Source of the DNA: Utricularia gibba
Lineage: Eukaryota > Plantae > Magnoliophyta
Direction of reading: 5' to 3'
Length of the DNA: 64,000 nt
Assembly (NCBI GenBank): GCA_002189035.1
Contig: NEEC01000023.1
Coordinates: forward strand, 496,001-560,000
Part shown: one piece after another, positions 22,978-35,790 of the stretch
Numbering within the stretch: the stretch's first letter is position 1
Layout of the letters: each line of letters starts with the position of its first letter
Notes under the pieces: model-generated
Seen by the model: only the letters and a program-made list of their open reading frames with translations
Database searches by the model: none
Told to the model about the DNA's origin: nothing
Made by a program: the position numbers and the translations under genes

Positions 22978-25527
22978 GGTGACTCAGAATTGGAATTCAT
23001 GTCCTTTTGGTGTGCCATCCATTTTTCATTCCATGTTTTTTGTTTCTAACCTTTTATTGTAGAAAACTAGGGCACCGATGTTGTGGCTTTGACTATTACA
23101 TGTCGTATTTAGACTTGGGGGTTGCTGAAATTCAATTTTTTTTTATGTTTTTACCTCATGCGTTTCACTTATTTTGCATCTCACTTTATGAATGATTGAT
23201 TGAACTTTGCAAATTTATGTGTTCAGGTATTTTGACAGCTTATTGGCGCAAATGTTATAAATGGTTGTGGGTGATTATGTGATTGACGACTGTGAAATCT
23301 TTGGTTGATTAATGGACTGCTGTTGATCTTTCGCTGTTTCCTGCTCTATCTGCGTCTTTGAGTTGTGGAATGATGAGCAATCTGTACTAGAATGACCCAG
23401 AGTTGCTATTTGAAGATGTTGCTGTGTTATGTGATCGTTTATCATCTCTCGGTTTGAGATTTTTTCGGTAGCTTACTTCATGGTTATTGTAACATTTTGC
23501 TTCTAAGCATTCTCATTAGCTTTTTAGAGGTTTCTAGCCTATGTAGTATGTTTTAGCTGGGATTAAGCACGCACTCTCTGAAACAATAATGTGGCTTCTA
23601 ATGATTTTAAGATGGGGACACTCCTTGATATGTTTGCTTTCCTATCACGCACCGTATCTTTCTGATACTAATACTAATGGCTTGCTTTCAAATCGGGAAT
23701 GGCTATCATTCTAGTTTTGATTACTGCTCGTGCCTCACTATGAATTTATGTATAATAGGACCTGCTGTCTCAATTCATTTAGTTGGTGCTAATCCCTTGA
23801 AATAGTCGCTACACGAGAATTTTTCCGTGGTTGCTCAATTGCTTCATTTATATGGCCACCGAGCCTTATGTGTTACAGTTCTTATGTCGCACATTCATAG
23901 TTCTGAAATCACATTCGTGGGAAAGCAGATGTGTTTCATTAGTCTCTTTTTAGTGTATAATGAGAAACAAAAATACAGACGCATTGTTCTGTAAAGCTAA
24001 GTGCCGGTGTGATACTTCAGGTTGCAACTTATTTTTTCTTCGTCCTCGAATCTGTAGACTCATCTCCTCCTATATTTTAAGACTTCAATTACAGACTGCA
24101 TTGATGTTTCCACAATTATGATCTGATGGTGAAGATTCTGGTCCCGAGTCTGATGTTGTTTTTGTTTTGTCTCTTGCCTGCTGCTCATGAGGTTCTGGCT
24201 GTAAGCCCTTTATGCATTTGCGTGTTTCCTTATGCCTAATTGATACAAAGATGGGCTTACTTGGATCTGTTCATCCAACATTATTTTGTAAGTTGTATGG
24301 AACCCATGGTGGCAAGTCTTCTACGCTGTTGCAAGGTGTCTTTCCTGCGTAGACCATGTAACCATGATGGGGAAGAGTTTGCTCCAAGTGAAACAGACCG
24401 GGAAAATGCATGAATGCACGAGTTTGTAGCCATGGCCAAGCTTTGTGTATCTTCTGACCCTAGAGGGAATCTAGATCCACGATGGAGGGATCAGTTGCCT
24501 TCTTCAGAAGGGACGATGGAACATCCTTGCAAGTCAACCGCCGAGGTGACATAATCGTGTGGGCTTATCCAGAAAAAGTAAGATGAGCAGACAGATAATG
24601 GTAGATAACTCTTCTTCTTTTTACTGGCAGATGAGTGGCTTCGCATCGACCCGGCCAGTAAATGCACTCTGCCCCAACAGCATCCTCCCATGACCTGCCC
24701 CGCATGCTCATTCCCGTCCCTGTTCTGTTGCAGCTCACAGCATGCTTTCTCAAGGAGATCGGTTCTGCTATCTCCCTGTTCTGTTTTGTGTAACCCCACT
24801 AGAGAAGAGGCTCTGAAAAGTGTGTTGTCAGACTGGTTCGAGTATTCAATGTTGGAATTGATTAGCATCCAGAGGAAAACGGTAGGTTGCGCTTCAGTAA
24901 TGGAATTCACATGACACATGAGCCTCATCATCCACCTTCATTATTGAACCAGGCTCGCCGCCATGCAGACAAGCAAGGAAGGAACCGTTGCTTGACCTGA
25001 AAGTGCTGGATATGTCATGTCATCCAGGTAAGATTTTACTTCCGTTGTTAGTCTCAATAATTAATTTATTTTTTAAAGATATTGTTTCCCTATTTTCACC
25101 CGAAATGTTTTACCTTCAAATGGAAAGAAACCAGTTATCGTTCCGGAATTCATTTTTAATGCGTTCGGACCGTTTTCTCCCTAACCGGGCTGTTGAAACA
25201 ATCATTACAGTTGTCTCTGTTTTCTAAGAATTTCGTATTCTGGAATATTTTATTTCATAAAAAATCATCAATTTTGAAAAACTTAAAACTACGATTTATT
25301 TATGAATTTTTTGTATTAAATTGAATTATGTAAATATATAATAAAAAATTGAATGTTTTTAAATTTGACAAAAATTATTGAATGTGATTTTAGAAATTCA
25401 CGGGTTAACATTAGGATCGAATATTTTATTTGAAAAAAATATAAAATTGTGCGGGCCGGGGGTTGGACCGTGCAGCACATGGGGGTTGCGTTGCTTGTGA
25501 CGGCCGCCATATGCAAATAATGGGGTC

Positions 25528-25537
25528 GCCACGTGGC
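25528..25537. promoter_or_regulatory. Perfect palindromic G-box GCCACGTGGC in a GC-rich island
   Basis: Exact motif inside a ~130-nt GC-rich block embedded in very AT-rich DNA, 1.3 kb upstream of the TBL gene. Confidence 0.45.
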
Positions 25538-26876
25538 TGAATACTGTGTGTGTCTGTCTGTCTGTCGATAAAAGCTCATCCCTACGATCTAATTAGACCC
25601 ATTTTTTTATTTTTAAAACAACCCAGATCACGAATATTAAATATATATTTTTAAGATAAATGGAATATCCGATACTTGCAAACCCAGGCATTGCTGGAGC
25701 TTGTTTTCTTTTTCGTGTCTGTTGGTTGGTTCATGGGTTGCTTTCGAGATAGAATATTGTTAGTTGTTTGGTTTGTAGCTTTCCATGCACAAATTTGTTT
25801 TGCTTTGGCACCTCTCATTGATGGTAATATCAACATCTCCTTCCATACAACAAAAATAAAAACCCTAATTTCATCATTATTACGTCACAAGCTTGTCATT
25901 CATTCATTGTGACAGGAGTGAGTGGTGTCTGTTCATGACACGTCGTCCGCTGAAATTACAGAAGCGTGAGAGCGTTTTTAATGCACAAGTGTTGGGAGGG
26001 AAGACATGTGGGCAACTGCTCCATGCATTCGTTAGGTGCAATACAATACAATACTACGCATGTGTGTGGTGAGATGCCTGCGTTTTAGAAAGGTACAATG
26101 CGCAAGAATTTGAATCAACATTGTGATACTGTAATGTTATGCGTGAAAAAAATATAAAAAGATGCAAGGAATGAATTTACGTATGTTACAAAAATAAAAA
26201 AATTTATATAAATGTATTGAACAATTAATATTACATTGAAAAATAAAAATGAAATAATCAAGTATATAAACATTTGAGTCTAATTTTTTTAGTATAACTT
26301 ATATTTTTTATGTAACTGAATTTAACAAATGTTCTCCCAGTTCATCGGCTATAAAAAAATTTCAGCATAAAGTCATATGATATGTTGTGGTACATTGGGC
26401 TATTTGGAATTGAAAAAAATATCAAACGGTACAAACAAGTTAAATAATTATTGTTGGAATTATTGAAGAATTTGTAATATATGAGTTGTCAAAGTGTATA
26501 TAAAAGTCAAGTATCAATATATTTGATGGTTTAAATTGATACGAGTGAATAGTTTATTCATTCAATTATTGGAATAATTATATAACTATATGTTATTTAA
26601 ATTGTGTATTTAAAATTAAATATTCTTACTATTTTTACCGTATTAAATAAATTTTACCATGGCATCCACCTTGGATCCTACTATTTATCTTACTATAAAT
26701 AATATAATTATTCGATTTAATTTCGTATTTATATTGAAATGGATGTAATCGGGATGATTTTAAAATGAATTAAAAGCTTACTAAGGACAAAACGGAAGGA
26801 CAAGGATAAAAGGCCACCCACACGGCAGACAACGCAGCTGCGCCTCCACAGTCTACAGAAATCCTCTCCAGGTCAC

Positions 26877-28748
26877 ATGGCGCCCTCCGCCCTCCGCCTC
26901 CTGCTCACCAACCCCGCCGCCGCCGCCGTGTTGCTGTTGCTGTGCTTCTGCACGGTGGCGGCGGCGGAGGAAGGGTACCATTACAATCCGAGCAGCAGCC
27001 TCGCCGGTTGCAATCTGTTCGAAGGGAGATGGGCTGTGGATCCATCGTATCCTCTGTACAAATCCTCAAGCTGCCCCTTCATCGACCCCGAGTTCGACTG
27101 CATCAAGTACGGCCGCCCCGATACCCAATTCCTGAAATACTCCTGGAACCCCGCCGCCTGCCGCCTCCCCAGGTATGAAATGGAGGACTGACGCGCTGCG
27201 CTGCGCTCACTCTTATTGTGAAACAGAGAGGTAACTGGGGCTGGGTGTGGTGTGCTTTTGGGTGAATCAGGTTCGACGGGGCGGACTTGCTGAGGAGATG
27301 GGCGGGGAAGAAGGTCATGTTCGTGGGTGATTCCCTGAGTCTGAATCAATGGGAGTCGCTGGCGTGTATGATTCATGCTGCCGCACCCGACACGGCTTTC
27401 GCCTTCCGCAGACACGAGTCGCTGTCATCCGTCTTCTTCCAGGTTGGCCGAGCTTCCCTCCTTCCTTCCTTCTTCCCCTCCCCTTCTTCTCCCCCGTTCG
27501 TTCTTACAATCAATCAGTGAACATGAATGTCTGATCCGAATCGCCATCATTCACTGCATCTGCTGTCTTGGAAATTGGGTGTCTAGTGGCCAACCCTTTT
27601 TTTTTTAAAACAAAAAATACCCATTTTAAAATGGGATTAGGTTAAAACGCGACGGGTAGGAATATAATATAGAGAAAATATTATTTTATTTATCGAAATT
27701 CGGTACGGCGGTACGTGTCATAAATTCAATTTAAGGCGTAGGGTGCGGTTCAATCAATAATTAGGGCACTTCTCAATGATGCATGGCGATTGGGGGGAAG
27801 GGTATTTAATGGGTAGTTTTAACGTAACGGCTAGTGGTAAGAGTTGTGCGTCAACTGAATCCTGGCCGTTGAAAGTTTACCTGGCTGGTTGGTTACGGAC
27901 GGTGATGATTGTATTTACCTTGTACTTGGGGAAATGAGATCTGAGTTTTGGCGCAGGAGTACGGAGTCACGCTGTATCTCTACAGGTCTACCTACTTGGT
28001 GGATGTGAAGAGGGAGAGCATCGGCAGAGTGCTGGATCTCAACTCCATCGATCAGGGGAGCGCATGGTTGGGGATGGACGTGCTGATCTTCAATACTTGG
28101 CATTGGTGGACGCACACTGGAAGGGCTCAAGCGTAAGCAGGGTTTCTGGGTTGCGGACACCGCCTGGGTGCTGAGTGTTTCTGTTGTTTCACTGTGTGTC
28201 TGTGTGCAGGTGGGATTACATTCGAGATGGGGCGACGGTAGCGAGGGACATGAACCGGCTGGTTGCGTTTTACAAGGGATTGAGCACCTGGGCTCGATGG
28301 GTTGATGAGAATGTGGATCCTTCGAAGACCAGAGTGTTCTTCCAGGGGATATCTCCAACTCACTATCAGTAAGCATGAGCGCTTGGGTTTCATGAACTGG
28401 GTTCTGGGTCATGAGCAGACAGGATGATGAGGTTTGTTTTGATGTCTGTGGTGAAGGGGGAAGGATTGGTCGGCTGGTTCCAAGAACTGCAATGGAGAAC
28501 AAGAGCCGTTGACGGGTTCGACGTACCCGGGAGGGAAGCCACCGGAGGTGGAGATTGTGAACAAAGTGTTGAGCAAGATGACGAAGCCAGTGTTTCTACT
28601 GGATATAACTACACTGTCCCAGCTGAGAAAAGATGCGCATCCGTCGGCATACAGTGGCGATCATTCCGGCATCGACTGCAGCCATTGGTGCCTTCCTGGT
28701 TTGCCGGATACCTGGAACCAACTGCTGTATGCAGCTCTTGTGATGTGA
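26877..28748 (+). CDS. TBL: TRICHOME BIREFRINGENCE-LIKE polysaccharide O-acetyltransferase (TBL37-43 clade)
   Basis: Exons 26877-27172, 27271-27442, 27957-28132, 28210-28368, 28457-28748. Motifs [64 protein letters not shown]. Confidence 0.96.
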
Positions 28749-28985
28749 ATGATACACCAGTAGATACAAGAAATAGTTGTGGCATTGTTCTGGTTTGATC
28801 TGCAAAATCAACCTGTAAGCAAAAGAATAATCAGTCTATCTCAAGTTGTATCTGTTTTTACATCATTCCTTGTAGTTGTCTGTTCTGGTAAGCTAAGCAC
28901 AACAAGTGCAGCTTCAAGTTTCATATTATCACAGAGCTCGCATACATAAAGGGAACCATGAGCTCAAGCAAAATTATTACTTTTC

Positions 28986-30676
28986 TCAGCTGAAAACTTC
29001 ATAGAATTTCTCAGTGACAAGCAAACCTGAATCAATGGATTCCAAAGGATCCTTTCTCAGACGGTGCCTCAGGCAGTTGGGGATTACAATGCTAATATCC
29101 TCAGCAGTCACTTTATCCCTTCCCTTGAGAGCAGCTAATGCTCTTGCTGCTCTATTTGTAACTATGTCACCTCTCAGACCATCCACATTCAATTCAGCAC
29201 ACACCTTGGAGATTTTGACTCGAAGCTCGTGATCAACTGTAACGGATGATAAACAACTTCTTGCAGATGATATTTGCTGTTGAAGTTTCTCTTGTTCAGC
29301 CACGTAGGATTCTCGGAACTCCTTCGGGTTTCGGTCGAACCTCGCTCTCTCCTCCACAATCTTCACTCTAAGCTCAGCATCTCTGACAGTTCCTACTTGT
29401 GCGTGCATTCCGAAGCGATCGAGAAGCTGCGGCCTGAGCTCTCCCTCTTCCGGGTTCCCTGAGCCTATGAGAATGAACCGTGCTGGGTGGGAAATCGAGA
29501 TACCTTCCCTTTCAACTGCATTCCAGCCTGAGGCAGCTGAATCAAGCAGCACATCTACCAAGTGATCATCTAAGAGATTCACTTCATCCACGTAGAGAAT
29601 TCCTCTGTTGGCCTTTGCCAGGAGGCCAGGCTCGAATGCCTTCACGCCCTCCGTGAGAGCCTTTTCGATATCTATTGTACCGCACACACGATCCTCAGTA
29701 GCACCCAGAGGCAAGTCGACCATGTTAATTTTTGTCAAAACAACAGGAAGCTCTTCACCCTTCAAAAACTTGTCTCTGACTTCTGGCCCCTGCAGCTCTG
29801 GATCATCCGGGTCGGAATTGAAAGCATCCCCACCTACGACTTGGATTTCAGGAAGTAAATCCACTAAAGACCTTACAGTCGTGGATTTTCCAGTTCCCCT
29901 GTCCCCCATGATCATCACACCTCCGATCTTAGGGTCGATCACATTCAATAGGAGGCAGAGTTTCATCTCCTCTTGACCAACTATGGCTGCAAAAGGGTAT
30001 ACTGGCCTCTGGTTATCCTTCGAGGCGGCAGACTTCGTGACCTGAAACTCATTCGCCACAAGTATGTCAGCAATATAAGGACGATAACTTGTTCACCCTT
30101 GTCCCCTACAGAAAAAGCAAAACTTGATACTTGTAATAAGCAACCGATAATCGACACAAACAGGCAGAAAGAAAAACTAGATCCATCGCAGATAAATACA
30201 CCCATTGAAACTAAAGTACCACAAAAAACTAAGCAAGCATTATACTTGTTCTTGAGCGGTGGTGGCAACATTAGAAACTGATAAGCGGAATGGAAATCGC
30301 CTTTTCTTAATAGGCACTCCAATGTCGCCATTGAATTTCCCATCCGTGCTCAGCCCTGAAGCAAATAATGAAGACCCATCAAAAGTGCGTCATCCGTCTT
30401 CAAAATCCAAGCCCAACAAAAGAAAAGCATAGTCGAATACAGCAGCCTCACAACAAATCATCAAGAACAACACTAAATGTGTAACATTGTGAGTCTCGAT
30501 AAACAAATTAGAAACAAACTGACAAAGGGTTGCGGAAACACGCTAAGGTAACACAATGCTGCAAAGCAATATCTGGTACCTAGAGCTGAGCCCAGAAACA
30601 AAGACGACGTCTTTGAATAGAAAGGCTTGTGAGCCAGAATCGCCGTAGACGAGGGAATCCCCTGTACTCCTGCCAT
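28986..30676 (-). CDS. CHLI: Magnesium chelatase subunit I (chlorophyll biosynthesis), 3 exons
   Basis: Exons 30676-30580, 30355-30246, 30041-28986. Motifs [17 protein letters not shown], Walker [41 protein letters not shown]. Confidence 0.98.
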
Positions 30677-30991
30677 GATCAGTGTTGCTACGGTGAAGCG
30701 CTGGTGCTTCGATATGGATAAGATATTATGAATGATCAGATTTCCGATGGGCCATTCATCACAAGACCCAGTGCAGTATTCCAAAATCCGGTTAGGCCGG
30801 TCCAAATGTCGACGGTTCGAGCCGCCGTTGAATTTCATTGTGGAATAAAAAAAACCAATTTAGCTAATAATTTGAATTTAATTAAGGGATTAAAAAGGCA
30901 AATAATTATTTAATCATACATTTAATTATGGAATTATGGAGAGATTCAATTTCACGCACGTGTGATATTTGAAAGAAAGCGATGTAAACCG

Positions 30992-32424
30992 TTAAACCGG
31001 TCCGAGGACACAGAAATTGGAAACACAAACACTGTTGGATGATGGTGGGCGGTTGCAGACAGGGTGGCGGCATCGGACTCTAGATCTGTTGCAGACATTT
31101 GAGACGATCAGAAAGAGATATGCTTCCCTTGATTGACAAGAAAATTCGTACCAAACCGAAAGGCCGGTGGCCGGAGACGGCGGCGCGAACGGCCGGAGAA
31201 GATAGTAGGAGCCGCCGTGCTGTAACGGCTGCAGCGTGACGCCCCATTCGTCCGTTAAGACCGGATGCCCCGTCGAGTGGATGAGCACGGCGTCGTCCCC
31301 GAAGGCTTCCATCACGTTGAACGGCCCGGATCCGATCTCGAAGCACACGTCGTTGATGAAGACCGTCGATGTCGTGGATCCCACGTCCCCACCACCTTCT
31401 CAGAAATAGAAGAAGTTGCAGAGTTAAGTTGTGGGAAATGACTGTCGATGGGAATTCCAGAGACAAACAACAAAGCGGTGTGAAATCTTGTCTTTTTTTT
31501 TTCCCTAATATGACATGGATGGTTTTACCGCATTCGGGTGATGCGAAAGAATTGAAGAACAGTTAGGTTTCAGTCGTTCTAGTGTCAGTTAGCTTCTTAA
31601 GTTTCGACATGAATTCTTTCTTTCCACTTCACAGTCATGTGTTTCCCGAAAGAATTTATTGCTTCTGTTACCTGGAACGAGAGTTTGAGCGTTGGGAGGA
31701 GGAGGAAGAGCGGGCGAATGTGGAAAAGGGTGGCAATGGCACTGGCTCATGACCATCACTTCACTGATTGGTAAACCAGGGCAGCTACGATCAGGTGAGC
31801 AATACCCACTCCCATACGTTGATTTCGGTTGGAAAAGGAATGTGGGTTGGGACAGGAAGTCGCTGGGGACCGTCGGCTTAGTGGTACGAGGAGTGGGTTG
31901 TGGATCAGGGGTTTTCGCACGCATATTGCTCGACGGTATGTCACAATGAGGGACGGCGGCCGGAGGAGGACGAGGAGTGGTTTGTGGAGCAGGAGCCGGA
32001 CAGTTGACGGCGGCGACGTTATGCTGTTGCTGGCGTTGCTTGTTTTTACTCCTGGATTTACGATTCTGAAACCAGTAGAACACATTGGCATCCCCAACTT
32101 GTCCATATTCCTGCAACTGAATCCTGATTTTTGTTATCTCATCTCTCGTTGGATTCATAGTTCCAGAGTTGAAAATCGCTTCCAGAATCCGAATTTGTTC
32201 CGGTCTCGGATTCCATCTGGGTTTCGGCTCCGGGGTCCTCTCTGATTCAAATCATTCCATCATCAGAAAAGGAATCACCAACACAGAGTACAGATATATA
32301 TCTATATGCTACCTGATGAACATTGAGTTCTGTGGCAGTTATTGGAGATGTTGATTTCGTGGTTGCCTTGTGGATGACGCTTGGTTTTGAACATGCTTGG
32401 CCAGTGCCTATTGGAAGAAGCCAT
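30992..32424 (-). CDS. WOX9: WUSCHEL-related homeobox, WOX8/WOX9 (STIMPY) clade
   Basis: N-terminal [13 protein letters not shown]; homeodomain [45 protein letters not shown]; C-terminal [44 protein letters not shown]. Exons 32424-32313, 32241-31672, 31398-30992 (3' end uncertain). Confidence 0.95.
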
Positions 32425-33879
32425 GAGTGACGATTGAAAATTGAAAACTGGGAGATTTGGAACCACCAGCAGCAGCAGCAGAAGTGGAGTAGTTAATAGA
32501 GACAGAGAAATCACCTACTGCTTGCTGCTTTGAGTTCATGGGGAAGTAATAAATAATGGGAAGGGGTGAATACTGATACTCTCCTTCGAAGACATGCCAA
32601 AAGCAAAGCAAAGGTGTGTAGTAATGGAACAAGAAAAAGTTCCAAAGGTATGGCACATGGCAGGAACAAAAAGGACAAAACCCCAAACAAGAACTGTCTG
32701 CAAGTTTTGACACAGAAAGGGAAGAGCATTCATTGCAATGGGAGATGAACAGTGGGGGAGGTGACCTCCATCCTTTTTCCTTCCACAACTCAACACACAC
32801 TTGGAAGCCAGGAGTGTGAGTTTTAAGCCACAGGCACGAATGCATGAGGGACCGTTGGAACTCCAGAACAACCAATCGAATTCCTCTGCCTATAATCCAA
32901 CTAGTAGCACTCTGTCATAATGAATGTGATGGATACATGAAGGGGTTTTCGTTTCGTCTCTAGGAAGGTAATCATTTGGGAACTTGACTAGACTGTGGAA
33001 GTTGAAAGGGCTTCATCATCCTTACATGCTTGATGTGAAACATCTATTGAGAGTAGTTGAGATGGTTTCTTTCATGTTTTCAAAGACAGCCAGAGGCATC
33101 CCATTCCATGCCTAAGATTGATGTGCTTCTGGTCAAAAGGAATATGAATCAATATATTCACATCACATGAGCACATCTCTCACTGTCTAGATGATGGACA
33201 GTTTTCTTGTTCCCATTTGTTCTGTACAGAAAAGGCATTGAAGGAGTGTGTCTCTAGGTGAGGGGACCTCTCCTACAAAACAAAAACAAAGCCCCATGTT
33301 CCAAAAAGTTTTCTGAACACATACACCACCTAAACCTACAGCCTGCAACTCCTTAAAATCACCATGAAGGACAGTTACATCAAGGCAGAACTCCTTGGAC
33401 TATAGAGCCATTCCGCAGATTATGTTTCATAGGATCCTCTTGTCTTCAACAGGTCTTTGTAGGGTGTTGTAGACATGGTGTTGGGGCAGAGGAAATTTAT
33501 GTGAAGAGAAACAAAAGGGGAAGCACATGGGAATGCAGTAAATGTAGGGGTTGTAGTAGTGTTACTTTTTGACACCAGACTTCACTTAATGCACATGTTC
33601 GGTTTCCTGCGGCTACACAGTTCGTGTATGCCATTGATTCAGTGCTCCTGGAGGACGAAAATCTACGAGCCATGTCCCATTTCATGACTGTTGCATCAAA
33701 TTTCAGATTACTCTAAAAATGGATCTTCTTCATTGATTCAATGGTGTAAAGAAATCTGCTTGAGAAGAAACACTGAACGGGAGGGAAAGAGAAAAGTAGT
33801 CCTCACAAACAAGAACAGTATATGATATGTATGGGAAGGGGATGACTAGTCGAAGAGGTTTCTTGTAGTGGTTCAATGG

Positions 33880-33935
33880 ACTTCATCCGAAGAACAGTAT
33901 GGGAAATGGGCCCATAATACTAAACTGGGCTCCAT
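33880..33935. promoter_or_regulatory. Site II (TGGGCY) cluster, probable bidirectional promoter
   Basis: TGGGCCCA and TGGGCT within 30 nt, immediately upstream of a GC-rich first-exon-like block with a GT donor at 34043. Confidence 0.4.
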
Positions 33936-33945
33936 AAACATAAAA

Positions 33946-35790
33946 AATGCAGCGCCGGCGGCAGCCGGAGGTTGCGATAACTGCGTGGGACATGGATGCG
34001 GCGTATTCCTTGCTCCGGCGAGGTGTTTCCAAATTGAGAAAGGTACATTTTCCGTCTCCAGAGCTTTGATTTGAATTGTGCCCTCGTTGCCTGAAGGAGA
34101 GGCGATTCTGGAGGATATATGCTTCTCCCTTGTTGGGAGTTATGTATCTGAGTAAGTGCAGCTATTTTCTTGCTGTTTTTATTTTGTTGCTATTTTGTTT
34201 TTATTTTCTAGAGAAGAAGGATGCGTAGTATCTCAGTTTTTTGAGAGATGGTTGATTGCAAGGGGAACTTACTTCTTTGTCATGGTAATTGTCAGGTGCG
34301 AAATTTGTGCCTGTTTAGCATTCCAAACTCAACCGCATCAGAAGTGGGAACGATGATGGTGCCTCTAAATATAGTGGATTAGAAGTTGAAATTCAATAAA
34401 CAAATTTCAGGGCTTCTATGGGATATGAAGAGAAACATTTATCTTCGACTGTAAGAGGTTTGGCATTCTGCATCTTCTACATTCTGCTTTTTCTTTGATG
34501 ATTCCTAATGAAAGTTTAGTCCCCTTGTAGCAGGGCTTTTGTTATTATCACTTGGGTGGCTGTTTCTGGTGCCCCTTGAATTGTTATTCTGTTCCAAACT
34601 TCCTACCTATCTGCATCAGCTTTGATGAAACCTAGCTTTGGAAATATCCATGTTCCTTTTATCAGTACTCAGTGGAACTTGAAATGCTAACGTGATGCTC
34701 TTTCAATAATCTATGGCTGAGGTCAGTTAGTGCATTCATACACTTACTGCACGATGACTTCTCAGTATGCAAGATTGCAAGTCAAACTTGCATTGGTAGT
34801 CTGTTGTTTTGGTGGGCTGTTATGGTGGACGAGCTTTTCTTTTTCTTGGCCCATTTAACTCGTAAAGTTCAGTTTTCGGTTTTGAATGTGATCCATTTGA
34901 GCCTTCGGCAGTCAACTTCGATTTTCATCTTCAAGGCCACTGTTCTAGAACTGCATTGACTCAACACCCAGGGTTCACTCAGTATGGCGCCTGCAGAAGA
35001 TGAAATCAAAGCCATGTTAATGTAAACTGAAACTGAGAATCTTAGATAAAAGGTAAAGGATTGTCTACCCTAAAAATCTACCAAATCAGGAGTAAACCTA
35101 CGTTTGTTATTTTTTACTGGCAGTCATCTTTAAGCCTGGAGAACACATTGCTACAAAAGTTCCGTATGAGTTTGTTTGAATTCCTTTGTATATTCACCAG
35201 AAAATGGTATATAGCGAAGGAGACACCACACCTGGAGCATGCGTAAATGTTGAACATGTCTTGATGCATTTATGTCCCATGTATTGGTATGGATTGTGGA
35301 CCACCGTCATGTACAGGCTTCTTTACAGGTTTTCATGTGTTTCTCATAAGTGACAAAAATGAAATGAAAGGTCACTTCGGTAGCCTCAGGCTATCCTGAG
35401 CCTCTTTCTGACATGAGTCAGAACATTCACACAGTGAGATTCTGTACACATGTTGAGGAAAAACAGGCCAAAACTCCATTTGGATTACTCATTCTTGTTG
35501 ATATTCAAGCATGGCTCTTCCGGGAAGAAGCAATACAAAAAAGGGTATTCATTCAGTTACAGCCACTGTCAAATTTACTAAGATAGGAAGTGTTTTATTA
35601 GTGATACATTTTTTTTTCTCTACAGGCTCAATTCATTTCGATCAGCAGCAATACTACACAAGCTAACATTCTGCTGATGATGACTTGAAAAAATGCATCT
35701 TCTTCCATCTCCACTTCTGTACAGTCATTCCTGGGACAAGCTCCTCAAGGCCTCACCTCCATCCACTCATACCGACCACCTGGCATCGGT
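33946..35790 (+). other. Spliced-looking transcription unit (lncRNA or decayed gene) with no continuous ORF
   Basis: Series of donors (34043, 34285, 34451, 34722) and pyrimidine-rich acceptors (34211, 34619, 34911, 35625). Every frame is interrupted by stops. Confidence 0.35.

Noticed and set aside
25910-25932. TGACAGGAGTGAGTGG resembling miR156
   Set aside because: Too many mismatches and no complementary star arm.
32408-32875. ORFs of 111-155 aa upstream of WOX9
   Set aside because: They start at non-ATG codons, have Cys/Phe/Leu-rich composition typical of CT-rich promoter or leader DNA, and show no recognisable domain.
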